Assembly: GCF_963506605.1 (NCBI RefSeq)
Contig: NC_083288.1
Coordinates: 42,098,001-42,136,405, forward strand
Length of the DNA stretch: 38,405 nucleotides
Direction: 5' to 3'
Source of the DNA: Zootoca vivipara
Lineage: Eukaryota
Positions 24,209 through 35,300 of the stretch are shown here, piece after piece (position 1 is the stretch's first letter; each line of letters starts with the position of its first letter). The notes beneath the pieces were generated by a model that had not been told where the DNA came from, made no database searches, and saw only the letters and a list, made by a program, of their open reading frames with translations. The translations under genes were made by a program, and so were the position numbers.

Positions 24209-25198
24209 ATGCCCATAAGAAAATACAAGGAGAACTCAGCTAGTTCCACTGCAATGACAGGGAACCAAGCAAGAAGGCAATCAATGTCAAACCCAAACTC
24301 AAATGAAAGCGAGTCTCTGGCAGACATAAAAGAACTGATAATAGAAATGAATAAAACTTTAAACGAAAAATTGGACTCAGTTGAAACTAAAGTGGACTCA
24401 GTTGAAATTAAAGTGGGTGAAAACACCAAAATGATAGCAGAGTTGACTGGGCAGATGAAAGAGCTGCATAATAAAAATAAAGAACTAGATAAAGCGGTGA
24501 AAGATATAAATGTGAAAATAGGAAAGCAAGAGGAAGCAATAAAAAAGATAGTTGCAAGGAATAAAGACTTGAGAACAGTAAAGGAGAAAGAAGATGAAAC
24601 GACACAAAGACTGAAAAAGAAGCAAGAGGAACTTGAGGACCAGATTGCTCTCCTCGAGATGAAACAGAAGGAGCTGGTTTTAAGGATGAGGGGCGTCCCG
24701 GAGTCGGCAAGAGAGCAAATAGAAGAAAAAATGATTAAAGGATTGGCAACATGGTTGCAAGTGAGAGAAGAGGACTTGATGCTTGACATAGACAAGATTT
24801 ATAGAGTAAGAACGGACAGAACAAAAAACTTCAAGGGACCGGGAGATGTGATGATATTTTTGAACTCAATGCTCCTCAAAGATAAAATTTTACAGAAGAA
24901 GAAGGATGAGAATCTGACGATAGAAGGAAGAACAGTAGCCATTTTCAAAGAAATACCGAGGAGATTTAGGCTTAAGAGGCAAGGCTACAAAGCAGTGACA
25001 GAGGCCCTAAGTAAAAATGGAATATGGTACATATGGGAGTATCCTGAAGGACTGACTTTTACTTTCAAAGGCAGGAAAAGGACCTATAGATCGGTGGAGG
25101 AGGCGGAAAGATTTTGCAACAGAAACAAAAAGGAACTGTTTAAAGAATTGGAGGAAGACAAGGAAGATGAAGACCTGCAAGCTGGTGGAAGCTCCTGA
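24209..25198 (+). CDS. L1 ORF1p (coiled-coil plus RRM/CTD), 329 aa, intact
   Basis: Heptad-rich N-half; LRMRGVPE, IDKIYRV, IFKEIP and WEYPEGL motifs typical of L1 ORF1. Confidence 0.88.
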   Translation: MPIRKYKENSASSTAMTGNQARRQSMSNPNSNESESLADIKELIIEMNKTLNEKLDSVETKVDSVEIKVGENTKMIAELTGQMKELHNKNKELDKAVKDINVKIGKQEEAIKKIVARNKDLRTVKEKEDETTQRLKKKQEELEDQIALLEMKQKELVLRMRGVPESAREQIEEKMIKGLATWLQVREEDLMLDIDKIYRVRTDRTKNFKGPGDVMIFLNSMLLKDKILQKKKDENLTIEGRTVAIFKEIPRRFRLKRQGYKAVTEALSKNGIWYIWEYPEGLTFTFKGRKRTYRSVEEAERFCNRNKKELFKELEEDKEDEDLQAGGSS

Positions 25199-25629
25199 AG
25201 ACTGTTGTACATAAAAGAATTTTCTTGTTTATAGGGAGACTGATTCTCTTTCCCTTTCTTTTTTTTTTACAGGGGGAGGGGGGACCTTTCTCCTTTTGGA
25301 TAAAAATCTTCTTTTCTTGTTTCTTCTTCCTCCCCTCTTCTTTCTTCCTTCCCTCTTGAAAAATAATAAGAGGAGAATATAAGATAAGGAAATTGTAATA
25401 AAATATCCCTGCATTCTCCCTGGAAGGGGTTGAGGTAGCGAGAAGTACAGACACACTCTTGTCAACCAGAGCTCTCAAGTGGAGGGGTGGAAAATTTAGA
25501 TTTTGAAAACATTATATATTTGATTTACTTTCACCCCCCCTTCTTTAATTCTTTAATTTTGGTTTTGAATTTTGTAAATTTTCTCCCTATTTTATTATCA
25601 TTTAATTGGAACGGAATTTAAATAAAGCA

Positions 25630-28600
25630 ATGGATTTAAATATTATATCTTGGAAAGTGAATGGTTTAAACGACAAATTAAAAAGAAATAAAATAGAACA
25701 TATAATTAAAAAAGGTAACTGGGACGTTGTATGCTTCCAGGAAACTCATGTATCACAAAATCATGAAAGGGTTTTGATAAATAAGAGAATAGGAAATGAA
25801 TTCATATCATCAAACAAAAAGAAGAAAAAGGGAGAAATAATTTATGTCAAACAAAGGATTAAGGCAGAGAAGTTATTCCAGGACGAAGAGGGGAGAATGG
25901 TTGGGGTGCGTCTGTACTTACCAAAAGGAAATGTATGTATTGTAAATATTTATGCACCTAATGGATGCAAAAAGGAATTTTTTAAGAAACTGGGAAAGAA
26001 AATGGGGGATTATATAGCAGATGAAGAAATAGTACTCTTAGGAGACTTTAATGGTGTCATGCAAAGGGAAGTGGATAGAACGGGGAGGGGGAGGGGGAAC
26101 GGGGGAAGATTGCCAGAAGTTTTTCGAAATTTAGTACATAATTACAACTTAGAAGATGTATGGAGAAAAGAAAATCCAAATGAGAAAAAAATTACTTATT
26201 ATTCAGGGGCAAAAAAAATCAGCCTCCAGAATTGATACGATATGGCTCTCACCTAAATTGGTACAGATGACGGGGAAAACCGAAATTCTGGCCAAATCAA
26301 TTACAGACCACAATCCAACAATGGTGAAAATTAAAGGGAAAGATATAAAAAACACTAGGTGGAGAATGGATGAAAGGATATTAAATGATGAAGATTTCAT
26401 AAAGAAAGTTAAAAAATTATTAAAGGAATTTTATGAGAAAAATATATCGGAAGAAGTAGAGCTAAAGACAGCATGGGATGCGGGTAAAGCCTTTATAAGG
26501 GGATTGTATATACAACAAAAAAGTAGAGTAAAAAAAGAAAGGGAAAGAAATATGGAAAAATTACAAAGGGAAATTAAAGAAAAGGAAAGGGAATTGGCAG
26601 ATAACCCAAAAAATGAGAATTTGAGAATGAGAGTGAAGGTATTACAAAAGGAATTATCCACATTGGTAGGACAAGAAATTGAGAATAAAATAAGATGGAT
26701 TAAACAAAAAACATTTGAGTGGGGAGACAAAGTAGGAAAATTATTAGCATGGAAATTAAGGGGAAAACAAAAAGAGAGATTAATTACGGAAATAAAATAT
26801 AAAGGGAAAAAATTGAGAAGGCAAGGGGAAATACAGAAATGCTTTAATCATTATTACAAGAATTTATATGAGGAAAAGATAATAGATAATGGGAAATTAG
26901 AGGAATATTTCTCAAAAAGGAGGAAAGATAAAATAACAGAAGAGGAGAGAGAAATGCTAAACAAACCAGTGTCAAAACAAGAGATATATGAAGCCATAAG
27001 CAAATTAAAAGTGGGGAAGTCACCAGGGACAGATGGTTTGTCGAGCCGGCATTATAAAGTATTTAGAGAAGAATTAGGAGAAATTTTGCAAAAAGTGATG
27101 AATGATATTTTAGAGAAGGGAACCATACCTAGGTCATGGCAAGAAGGATATGTAGTATTAATCCCGAAAGGAGAGCAAGATGAAAGACAGGTAGGGGATT
27201 TTAGGCCAATTTCGTTACTTAATGTCGATTATAAAAATTTTACGGACATTTTAGCGACTAGATTGAAAAAAATATTAATTAGGATTATAGGGCAAGATCA
27301 GCAAGGATTCCTACCGGAAAGAAAAATGGCAAAGAATGTGAGAGTTGTACTGGATCTATTGGAATATTTGGATTGGTCTCCGGGGAAAAAGGCAGCCTTT
27401 GTTTTTCTGGATATAGAAAAAGCCTTTGACTCTCTATCCTGGAAATTTATGAAAAGATCATTAAAAGAAATTGGAATCGAAGATAAATTTATGAGAGGAA
27501 TTAATTCAATATATAATAATCAAACGGCTAAATTGATTCTAAATGGAGAAGTATTAGAGGATTTTGCAATAAAGAGGGGAACAAGACAGGGCTGCCCCTT
27601 ATCCCCTTTGTTATTCATATTATCAATAGAATTTTTATTGGTGGATATCAAAAAAGAGGAGAAAATTGAAGGAATTAGAGTAAAAGATGAAAAAATTAAG
27701 ATAAAAGCTTTTGCTGATGATATGATTGTAATGATAGAAGAACCAAGGGATTCAATTAAAAAATTAGAGGAGATATTAAATTCTTTTGAAGGAATATCAG
27801 GATTAAAGATTAATGAAAAAAGACAAAAATGATGTTGAAAAATATGGGACAGATGGATAAGAGCAAATTGCAACAATTTTCAAATTGGGAAATTGTGAAC
27901 AAATTTAAATATTTAGGTATTACAATTAGTATTAATAATATAGATTTATATGAAAACAATTATGGAAAATTATGGAGGGAAATAAAGAAAGATTTGGAGA
28001 GATGGAGGGGCTTAAATCTCTCCTTCTCAGGCAGGATAGCAACAATAAAGATGGCGATTCTACCAAGAATCCTATTTTTGTACCAAATGTTACCCATATT
28101 GGGGAAAAGGAAGATTTTTGAGGAATGGAGGAGAGATTTAAGTAAGTTTATATGGTTGGACAAGAAACCAAGGATCCAGTACAAACTACTCACAGATGTA
28201 AAAGAAAGAGGGGGGTGGGGGGTCCCAGATCTGAGGCTTTATTACGCATCATCGTGTATGTGCTGGCTCAAAGATTGGCTGACATTAGAGGATGAAGAGC
28301 TATTAGAGGTGGAAGGATTTAGAAATGTAGGGGGTTGGCATACATACTTATTAGAAACAGAGAAAGGGAAAAATAAACAGTTTAGCAACCATGTGATTAA
28401 AAAATCAATATTTAAGATCTGGCAGGAATTTAAAAATTTAGTGGAACCAAAGGTACCGTGGTGGGCCTCGCCTTTCGAGATGACGGCCCTAGGGAGAAGG
28501 TGGAAAAAAGGAAAATGGTTGACGTATCAAGATATTTTGGTGAGTGAGGATGGACAATGGAAGTTAAAACCATATGAAGAAATTAAAAAATATTGCAACA

Positions 28601-29383
28601 GCTGGTTGCAATATATGCAGATACAAAGCCTTTTCCAGGAACATAAAAAAATAGGATTTACAATTGGAAAGTCAAAATTACAAGAATTATTAATAGAAAA
28701 TAAGGAGAAATCATTATCAAAAATATACAAATTTCTGTTAGAGTGGGAGCTAAAAGATGAAGTAGTTAAAGAGGTAATGACAAAGTGGGCTCAAGATCTA
28801 GGGAGGCCGATTTACACGGCACAATGGGAGAGTATATGGAAAGTTTCGATGCGATTTACGGCTAGCACAAATATAAAAGAAAACATCTTGAAACTCGTTT
28901 ATAGATGGCACCTGACCCCGAATAAATTAGCCAAAATATATAAAAATGATTTAGACAATTGTTGGAAATGTGGTGAAAAAGGAGGAAATTATTTTCATTG
29001 TTGGTGGAGCTGTGGAAAAATACATAAATTGTGGGATGAAATTTATGAAGAAATGAAAAAAATGTTGAGGGTGACTTTTGGAAAAAAAACCAGAGTATCT
29101 ACTACTGAGCATCATTCCAGATAATATACCGGATAATAAGAGAAACATATTCTTGTATGTGTGTGTAGCAGCAAGACTATTGATTGCTCAGAACTGGAGG
29201 AAGAAAGATCTACCCACAATTCAAGAATGGCAATTAAAAATGATTGAATTCATGAATCTAGAGAGAATGACGGCAGCAATTCGAAACACCTCTAAACAGA
29301 AATCCAAATTGGAATGGGGAGTTGTAGAGGAATATTTTTTAAAAATTGGCATAAAAACAGAGTTGATTATCTGTTTAAATTAG
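25630..29383 (+). pseudogene. L1 ORF2p (APE endonuclease, RT, CCHC), split by three 1-nt frameshifts
   Basis: EN motifs FQET, IYAPN, GDFN, SRID, TDHNP; RT motifs RPISLLNVDYK, DIEKAFD, GTRQGCPLSP, FADD, KYLG; CWKC..HCWWSC. Frameshifts in A-runs at 26211-26218, 27816-27821 and 29082-29089; repaired length about 1250 aa. Confidence 0.92.
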
Positions 29384-29797
29384 ATAGTCATGAGGAAAAT
29401 AAAAATTTGGAAAACAATAACGAAATAAAAACAAAAATCAAAGACAGATACAACAAATGAAAGCAACGCAAATTCAAAATGTATTTATAAGGTAAGCGGT
29501 GTGAAATGACTTGGAAGGTAACTTTCTTTCTTTTCATGACTGGGAATAAGTATATATGGTATAACAAGATTTATACATAACACTATGATTTTATGATTTT
29601 ATATTGTCAAGTTTTATGAAATTTAATAAAGGTGATTTTTAAAATCTTATTAAAAAAAACACAGTATGGCAAGTATATTTTTGGACATTCTGCTGACTGT
29701 TGGCATACTTCAGCAAATGTTTGATGAGCAGATAAAAGTGATTAGATATAATGATGCTGAATAGAGAATGCAACTAAAGCAGAGCTTAATGAGATTG

Positions 29798-29942
29798 GTT
29801 ACAGGTAGGTAGCCGTGTTGGTCTGGATCGAAGTAAAATAAAAAAATTCCTTCAGTAGCATGCATGCACACGAAAGAAGTGTGCATGCACACTGTATCTG
29901 AAGAAGTGTGCATGCACACGAAAGCTCATACCAAAATAAAAA
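29798..29942. mobile_element. Penelope-like element terminal fragment (inverted arrangement)
   Basis: 13-bp flanking direct repeat CTTAATGAGATTG (29785-29797, 29943-29955); empty paralogous site at ~12646; contains a hammerhead motif. Confidence 0.8.
29894..29931 (+). ncRNA. Minimal type I hammerhead ribozyme motif
   Basis: GUAU-CUGAAGA-A-GUGUG(CAUG)CACAC-GAA-AGCU-C-AUAC: stem I GUAU/AUAC, both core boxes, stem II, palindromic AGCU stem III; predicted cleavage after C29927. Confidence 0.75.
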
Positions 29943-30326
29943 CTTAATGAGATTGAAAGTAGAATCAAAAAGGACAGAGAGACTGCAGGTTGCATGTGTA
30001 TGTCCATAATGGACCTCAGCTTTCTAGATGCCAAGCTTAACCTCTCAATTTATTCCTTCTATACAGCTCTTAATGGCACAAAACCACTGCTTTCCCCAAA
30101 TTTCAACCCTAAATCAAAGCCTAGGTTGCCAACTGGTACTCACTTATCTGGGAGTAAGCCCCATTAAACCTTAAAACAAATATTTGTGAGTAGATAATCT
30201 ATATTAATTTACAGCAAGCTAACAATGCTTATTAATGAGTATGTGTAAGATTATGCTCCCCTTGAAGAACATCCAGATATCCAAGTAGAGACAGGAATGG
30301 AAAAAGTAGGGCTCGTAATAATAATA

Positions 30327-30863
30327 TTCTGCTCTGGTCAGACCTCACCTGGAGTACTGTGTCCAGTACTGGGCACCACAGTTCAAGAAGGATACTGACA
30401 AGCTGGAACGTGTCCAGAAGAGGGCAACGAAAATGGTCAAAGGCCTGGAAATGATGCCTTATGAGGAACGGCTTAGGGAGCTGGGTATGTTTAGCCTAGA
30501 GAAGAGAAGGTTAAGGGGTGATATGATAGCCATGTTCAAATATATAAAAGGGTGTCATGTAGAGGAGGGAGAAAGGTTGTTTTCTGCTGCTCCAGAGAAG
30601 CGGACACAGAGCAATGGATTCAAACTTCAAGAAAGAAGATTGCACCTAAACATTAGGAAGAACTTCCTGACAGTAAGAGCTGTTTGGCAGTGGAATTTGC
30701 TACCAAGGAGTGTGGTGGAGTCTCCTTCTTTGGATATCTTTAAGCAGAGGCTTGACAGGCATATGTCAAGAATGCTTTGATGGTGTTTCCTGCTCAGCGG
30801 AGGGTTGGACTGGATGGCCCTTGTGGTCTCTTCCAACTCTACGATTCTATGATTCTATGATTC
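30327..30863 (+). mobile_element. Young 5'-truncated CR1 LINE
   Basis: Open ORF2 C-terminus ([23 protein letters not shown]...) to 30780; (ATTCTATG)n tail; flanking TAATAATAATA at 30316-30326 and 30864-30874. Confidence 0.93.
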
Positions 30864-30874
30864 TAATAATAATA

Positions 30875-30948
30875 AGGATAGTAATAATTTTATTATTTAT
30901 ACACCACCCATCTGGCTGGAGTTCCCCAGCCACTATGGACTGCTTACA
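30875..30948 (-). mobile_element. Short L2-type 3' end fragment
   Basis: TTTATTATTTATACACCACCCATCTGGCTGGAGTTCCCCAGCCACT, like 4226-4290. Confidence 0.55.

Positions 30949-30949
<1 letters not shown>

Positions 30950-31013
<64 letters not shown>
30950..31013. repeat. (TA)32 microsatellite
   Basis: Perfect dinucleotide run. Confidence 0.97.
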
Positions 31014-31019
<6 letters not shown>

Positions 31020-31048
31020 CTTGTTATCTGCTTTCAATCACCCTAAAG

Positions 31049-31189
31049 CAGGGATGGGAAGCCTATAGCCCTCCAGATATTGCTTGACTACAGCCCTCAT
31101 CATTGCTGACCATCTTCCATACTGGCTTGGATTGGAGTTTTTGGAATCCATCAACATCTGGAGTGGCACACACACACACCCAACCCCTG
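31049..31189. mobile_element. Old palindromic hAT-type MITE
   Basis: CAGGGATGGG...CAACCCCTG; decayed 8-bp TSD CCCTAAAG/CCCTAGTG. Confidence 0.7.
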
Positions 31190-32160
31190 CCCTAGTGGAA
31201 GTGAATCAGAATACATAATTAAGAAATAAAAATGCTGAAGTTTGCAGAAGAAGCCAGAGACATCATGGTTGCTGAATGAAATTGGACACTGAATTAAAAT
31301 CTACCAAAAGGCTGAAACATCAGGCTCAGCAATTTTGGGAATCCTGACCACCCTCACCTAGGTGTGGATGAAGTGTGGGGTCTGAGAGATTTCAAGAATC
31401 CTCTCTCTCCCTAAGGTTCTAGCACATAGAGGCTGACAGAATCAAGAGAGATTTTTCACAAGGCTCTATAACAGGAGCCATACAGGAGGGCAGGGGGCAC
31501 CAACTCAACCTCTCCAGAATTAGAGTGGCATTTATCCCTAGGGGTGTGGGCAAACGTGCATTCCCAGGCCACTGGGGAAGGAGGCTGAGAGCAAGGGGAC
31601 ACAACTGCCATCCCTCAGAACAGCAATGAGCGGCCATTGCACTCATGTCACATGGCTGGTGTGAATCCAGGTTCACTCAGCCAACTTCCAAGATGCTGGC
31701 TACATTTTAGAGTCTCCATTGACTACAAGGTCTTCTATTATGAGCTTCTAAGTTCTCATTTCACCCATACTCCACTGGTGCATTATTATCTAATGAAAGG
31801 GAAATTAAAATAACAGTTCCGAATATTTTGTTCAGCATTTTTCTTCTGCAATTCCACAGGGAATCCCGAGCGCTAGATGAATAACTACACTCCTGCTTAG
31901 TTATTAACAGGGCTATAATTAATCTGCTGCTCCTCAAAAATCCCTGTGTATTTGCTCTGGCCACTGGCAACATAACACAAAGGATACTACAACTTAACCA
32001 GAATTATTTAAATAGGGACTGGGATCAGCAAGTCTGATTCTGGATACTCCCGGATTGTGTTCTCTCAGGAGATAATTTTTATCTTGGAGAAACCTATTCT
32101 AGTGTTGCCAAGAAAAATCATAGTTTCTGCATAAAACAAACAGTTGCCCTTGGATTAAGG

Positions 32161-32378
32161 ATGGTGGTTTTACTGTTCCTGCTGCTGGAAGTGATTTCTT
32201 ACAATGTATGTGAGGCTCACATAGCAAAATGCAGGCTCCAAGATCCACACCATCCACTTCACACGTATCATCAGCCAGGAGAGTTTCTCATTGGTGGCAT
32301 TGTTTTCCATGGTGGCTTCATCTCCTCTCCAGCAACATTCACTGAGGAACCCCCACCGGCGCTGCCTGAAGAGCTTGT
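32161..32378 (+). CDS. V2R gene C exon 1
   Basis: [13 protein letters not shown]...; donor GTAAGA at 32379. Confidence 0.88.
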
Positions 32379-35300
32379 GTAAGAATTACGACACTCCTTT
32401 ATTACAGCATAGGAATGATCAAACCTAGAATTGCAGCCTCAGTATAATATGTTCCTATGGCTTCATTTTTCGATTTTAGGCTAAGGTTTGTTTCAGCACT
32501 GAAAGGTACTAATGAAATATAGTATTTAGTGAATTCCAACAACCATCACTGACTCATGAAAACGGGGTCATTGCAGGGAGAGACCAGAGACTTTGTAAGT
32601 GTCAGAAAAAGACCTCAGACATGTAAGGGAAGATATCCCATTACCCCACATTAGCAACCCCTGCTCTAGATAGTATTAATCTTAAAAGTTTGGAAAAGTG
32701 GGGCAAAAGTAACAACATGAATTCCAATAGGGACAAATGCACAAATCTAAAATGAGGGGCACTTGGGTTGCCAGTAGTACATGTGGAAATGTTCAGGGAT
32801 CTGCATCAACAGAAGTATAGTGTCCTGATCAAAGGAAGTAAAAGTTCTGCTCTATTCTGCTCTGGTCACCTGGAGTCCTGGGTCCAGTTCTGATCACCAC
32901 AATTTAAGAAGGATATTGGCAAGCTGAAACATGTGCAGAGGAGGGCAACAGAGATGGTCTGGAAACCAAGTCTTATGCTGACCAGTTGAGGGAGTTTGGT
33001 ATGTTTAGCTATGATGAGACTGAGGGGAGCTATGATAGCCATTTTCAAATATCTCAAGGGCTGTCTCCAGGAAGATGAAGCATGCTTGTTTTCTCTTGCT
33101 CCAAATCAGGGCATTCAAGTTACAAGAAATGAGATTTCCACTAAACACCAAGAAGACATTTCTATTTATGAGGTCTGTTCAACAGTAGAACAGACTGAGA
33201 GTTAACCCCACTGAACTCAATATGATTAACTACTGCTTTGATATGTAAAAGGAAATAACTGCTGGCATTCCTACTGAAACAGTTTGCAACTCTCATTCTA
33301 GGGTGGTGCCTAAGCTTTACCAGCACATCGTGACCTTGGCATTTGCAGTCAAGGAGATCAACGAAGACCCTCACATCTTACCCAATATCACCTTGGGCTT
33401 TCACTTATATGACAGCTATACCCATGCAAAGAGCACATATCTTGCCACACTGCTACTTTTATCGATGGTGGAGAAATTTGTTCCCAACTATATATGTGAT
33501 GTTGAACGTTATCTGGCAGGGGTCATTGGGGGATTGGATTCTGAAATCTCCTTTTATGTGGCAACCGTTTTGGATATCTTTAAGATTCCGCAGGTAGGAC
33601 ACCTATGTACAATACCTCTATTATTTTCCATAGAGAAAGAGGAAGGTTCCTCAGCATCAGTTCAGGGTGAAGATGAAATTGGAAGGAGAACCATGTACAC
33701 CACCTTGAGACCCTTGGAAAATAAAGGTGGTACATAATTGTAATATAAGCAAACAGACAGAGAGACAGACAAACCTGAAGAAAGGGGAAGGTTGCAATAC
33801 CTGAAAAACAATATGTAACTCTCCCCTGTCTTAGACACACATTTAGATCACTTATATACCAAAGGCCACTGATGGGAGAGTGGGCTTCTCTCTCACCGGC
33901 AGTTTTTGCTTATGCATCAGTTTCTGCTTAGTTAGGAGGGTATCTGAATTGAGCTGCTGAGGAAAAGGGGAATTGCCTACAGGATAAAAGCAGTAAGAAT
34001 TTAGGTGCCAGTGGAAGATTTAGTGAGGAGGGCATGTCAAATAACCTGCTGGGGAAGTGGGGGAATTGCTTACAGCTAAAAAAGCTGACAGGCAGGAGCC
34101 AGTACAATAACTATTTAGCACACCTGACATAATTAAAGACACAGAGAAGTTATGGCAAATTGCAGATACAATCCAGTTCCACAGGAGAACAGTAAGAGTA
34201 TTTAGCAGCTGACTCACAAATGAAATAAATGTTCATAAATAAAGTCTGAGAAGAATCAGCACAGCTTTGCTGTGTGATGGGGCATGTGCATCATGAAGAA
34301 GAAAGACGAAGTTCCAGAGAAGAAATGTATATCTGACCTAAGTTGCAATTCTGAAAAAGCCAGATAATGTCTAGATAATCTGCTGTTTGGGGCATGGTAT
34401 GTTCTTCCATTCAGTTTTATCCATTGTACAAGAGCCTGCCAAATTTTGAAATGACATAAAAAATGAATGTTTGTTTTTAATGAAGTAGACACAATGCCCT
34501 TCTCCAGTCATGAAAGTCTTAAGAAGATTCATAAAAATAATATAAAACTAAAACAGATACAGTCCCCTCTCCCAGGGCTGGGTGGTGCAAGGCGCCAGGG
34601 CATCTGGCCATCAGGGGCGCAGAAAGGGTGCCGAACGCTGGTGTCTGCCTCCGCACGCCTCTGCTGTTGAGCGGCTTCAGGCCGCTTTCCAGAGGTGCAT
34701 GGTGAGCGCTGGCCTGGGGTTGCCTGAACAGCTGAGAGTTGTAGCGCGGTGGCTGCAGGCTCACCCTCCCCGCGTACCTCCGGAGCTTTGCGCGGGAATT
34801 GGGAGCCTGGGGCTGCCTCCTCCGTGCCTCTCGGTTTTTGAGTGTATTCAGGCCGCTCTCCAGAGGTGCGCATGGAGATCGAGCCTGGGGCTGCCTCCTC
34901 CGCGCCTCTCAGTTCCCCACGCGCCCCTCCTGCCCGCCTCACTCACGGGGCGCGCCGTAGGGATATTGGCACCAGGGCGCCAGATATGGTTAAGACGGCC
35001 CTGCCCTCTCCAGTCATCAAATCAAAGGTTTAAAAACCAGAAAACGGAGATGATCCCAGTTTTCAGCCCACCTGCATGTGTGTCTTTTGTATAACTGAGA
35101 AAGAGGCACACAAACCCTGAAGCATTGGTAAAAGGGCATCTTTGACTAACAGGGTTCAGCACATAATGTATATGAATACTTTGAAAGAACTCCACTTTGT
35201 CTCTTCTCTTCCTCCATTCCCGCTTTAGCTCATTTATGGCTCTGCTCCAGTGATGAATGAGAAAAGCCCAGGGCTTCCCTTCTACCAGATGGCAGCCCCA

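Larger units (their letters stand above)
23229..29659 (+). mobile_element. Full-length L1 (LINE-1) retrotransposon, ~6.43 kb
   Basis: 15-bp TSD CAGTATGGCAAGTAT (23214-23228, 29662-29676); CpG-rich 5' UTR starting GACTTCCGG; ORF1; ORF2; AATAAA at 29625-29630; A8 tail at 29652-29659. Confidence 0.95.

Noticed and set aside
24166-24795. 209-aa antisense ORF in L1 ORF1
   Set aside because: Ser/Phe/Leu-rich shadow of an A-rich coding strand, with no recognisable domain.
34467-35094. Several 60-170 aa ORFs in a GC-rich block; similar ORFs at 321-659, 7151-7607 and 37022-37703
   Set aside because: They overlap GC-rich repeats where stops are rare and show no protein motifs.
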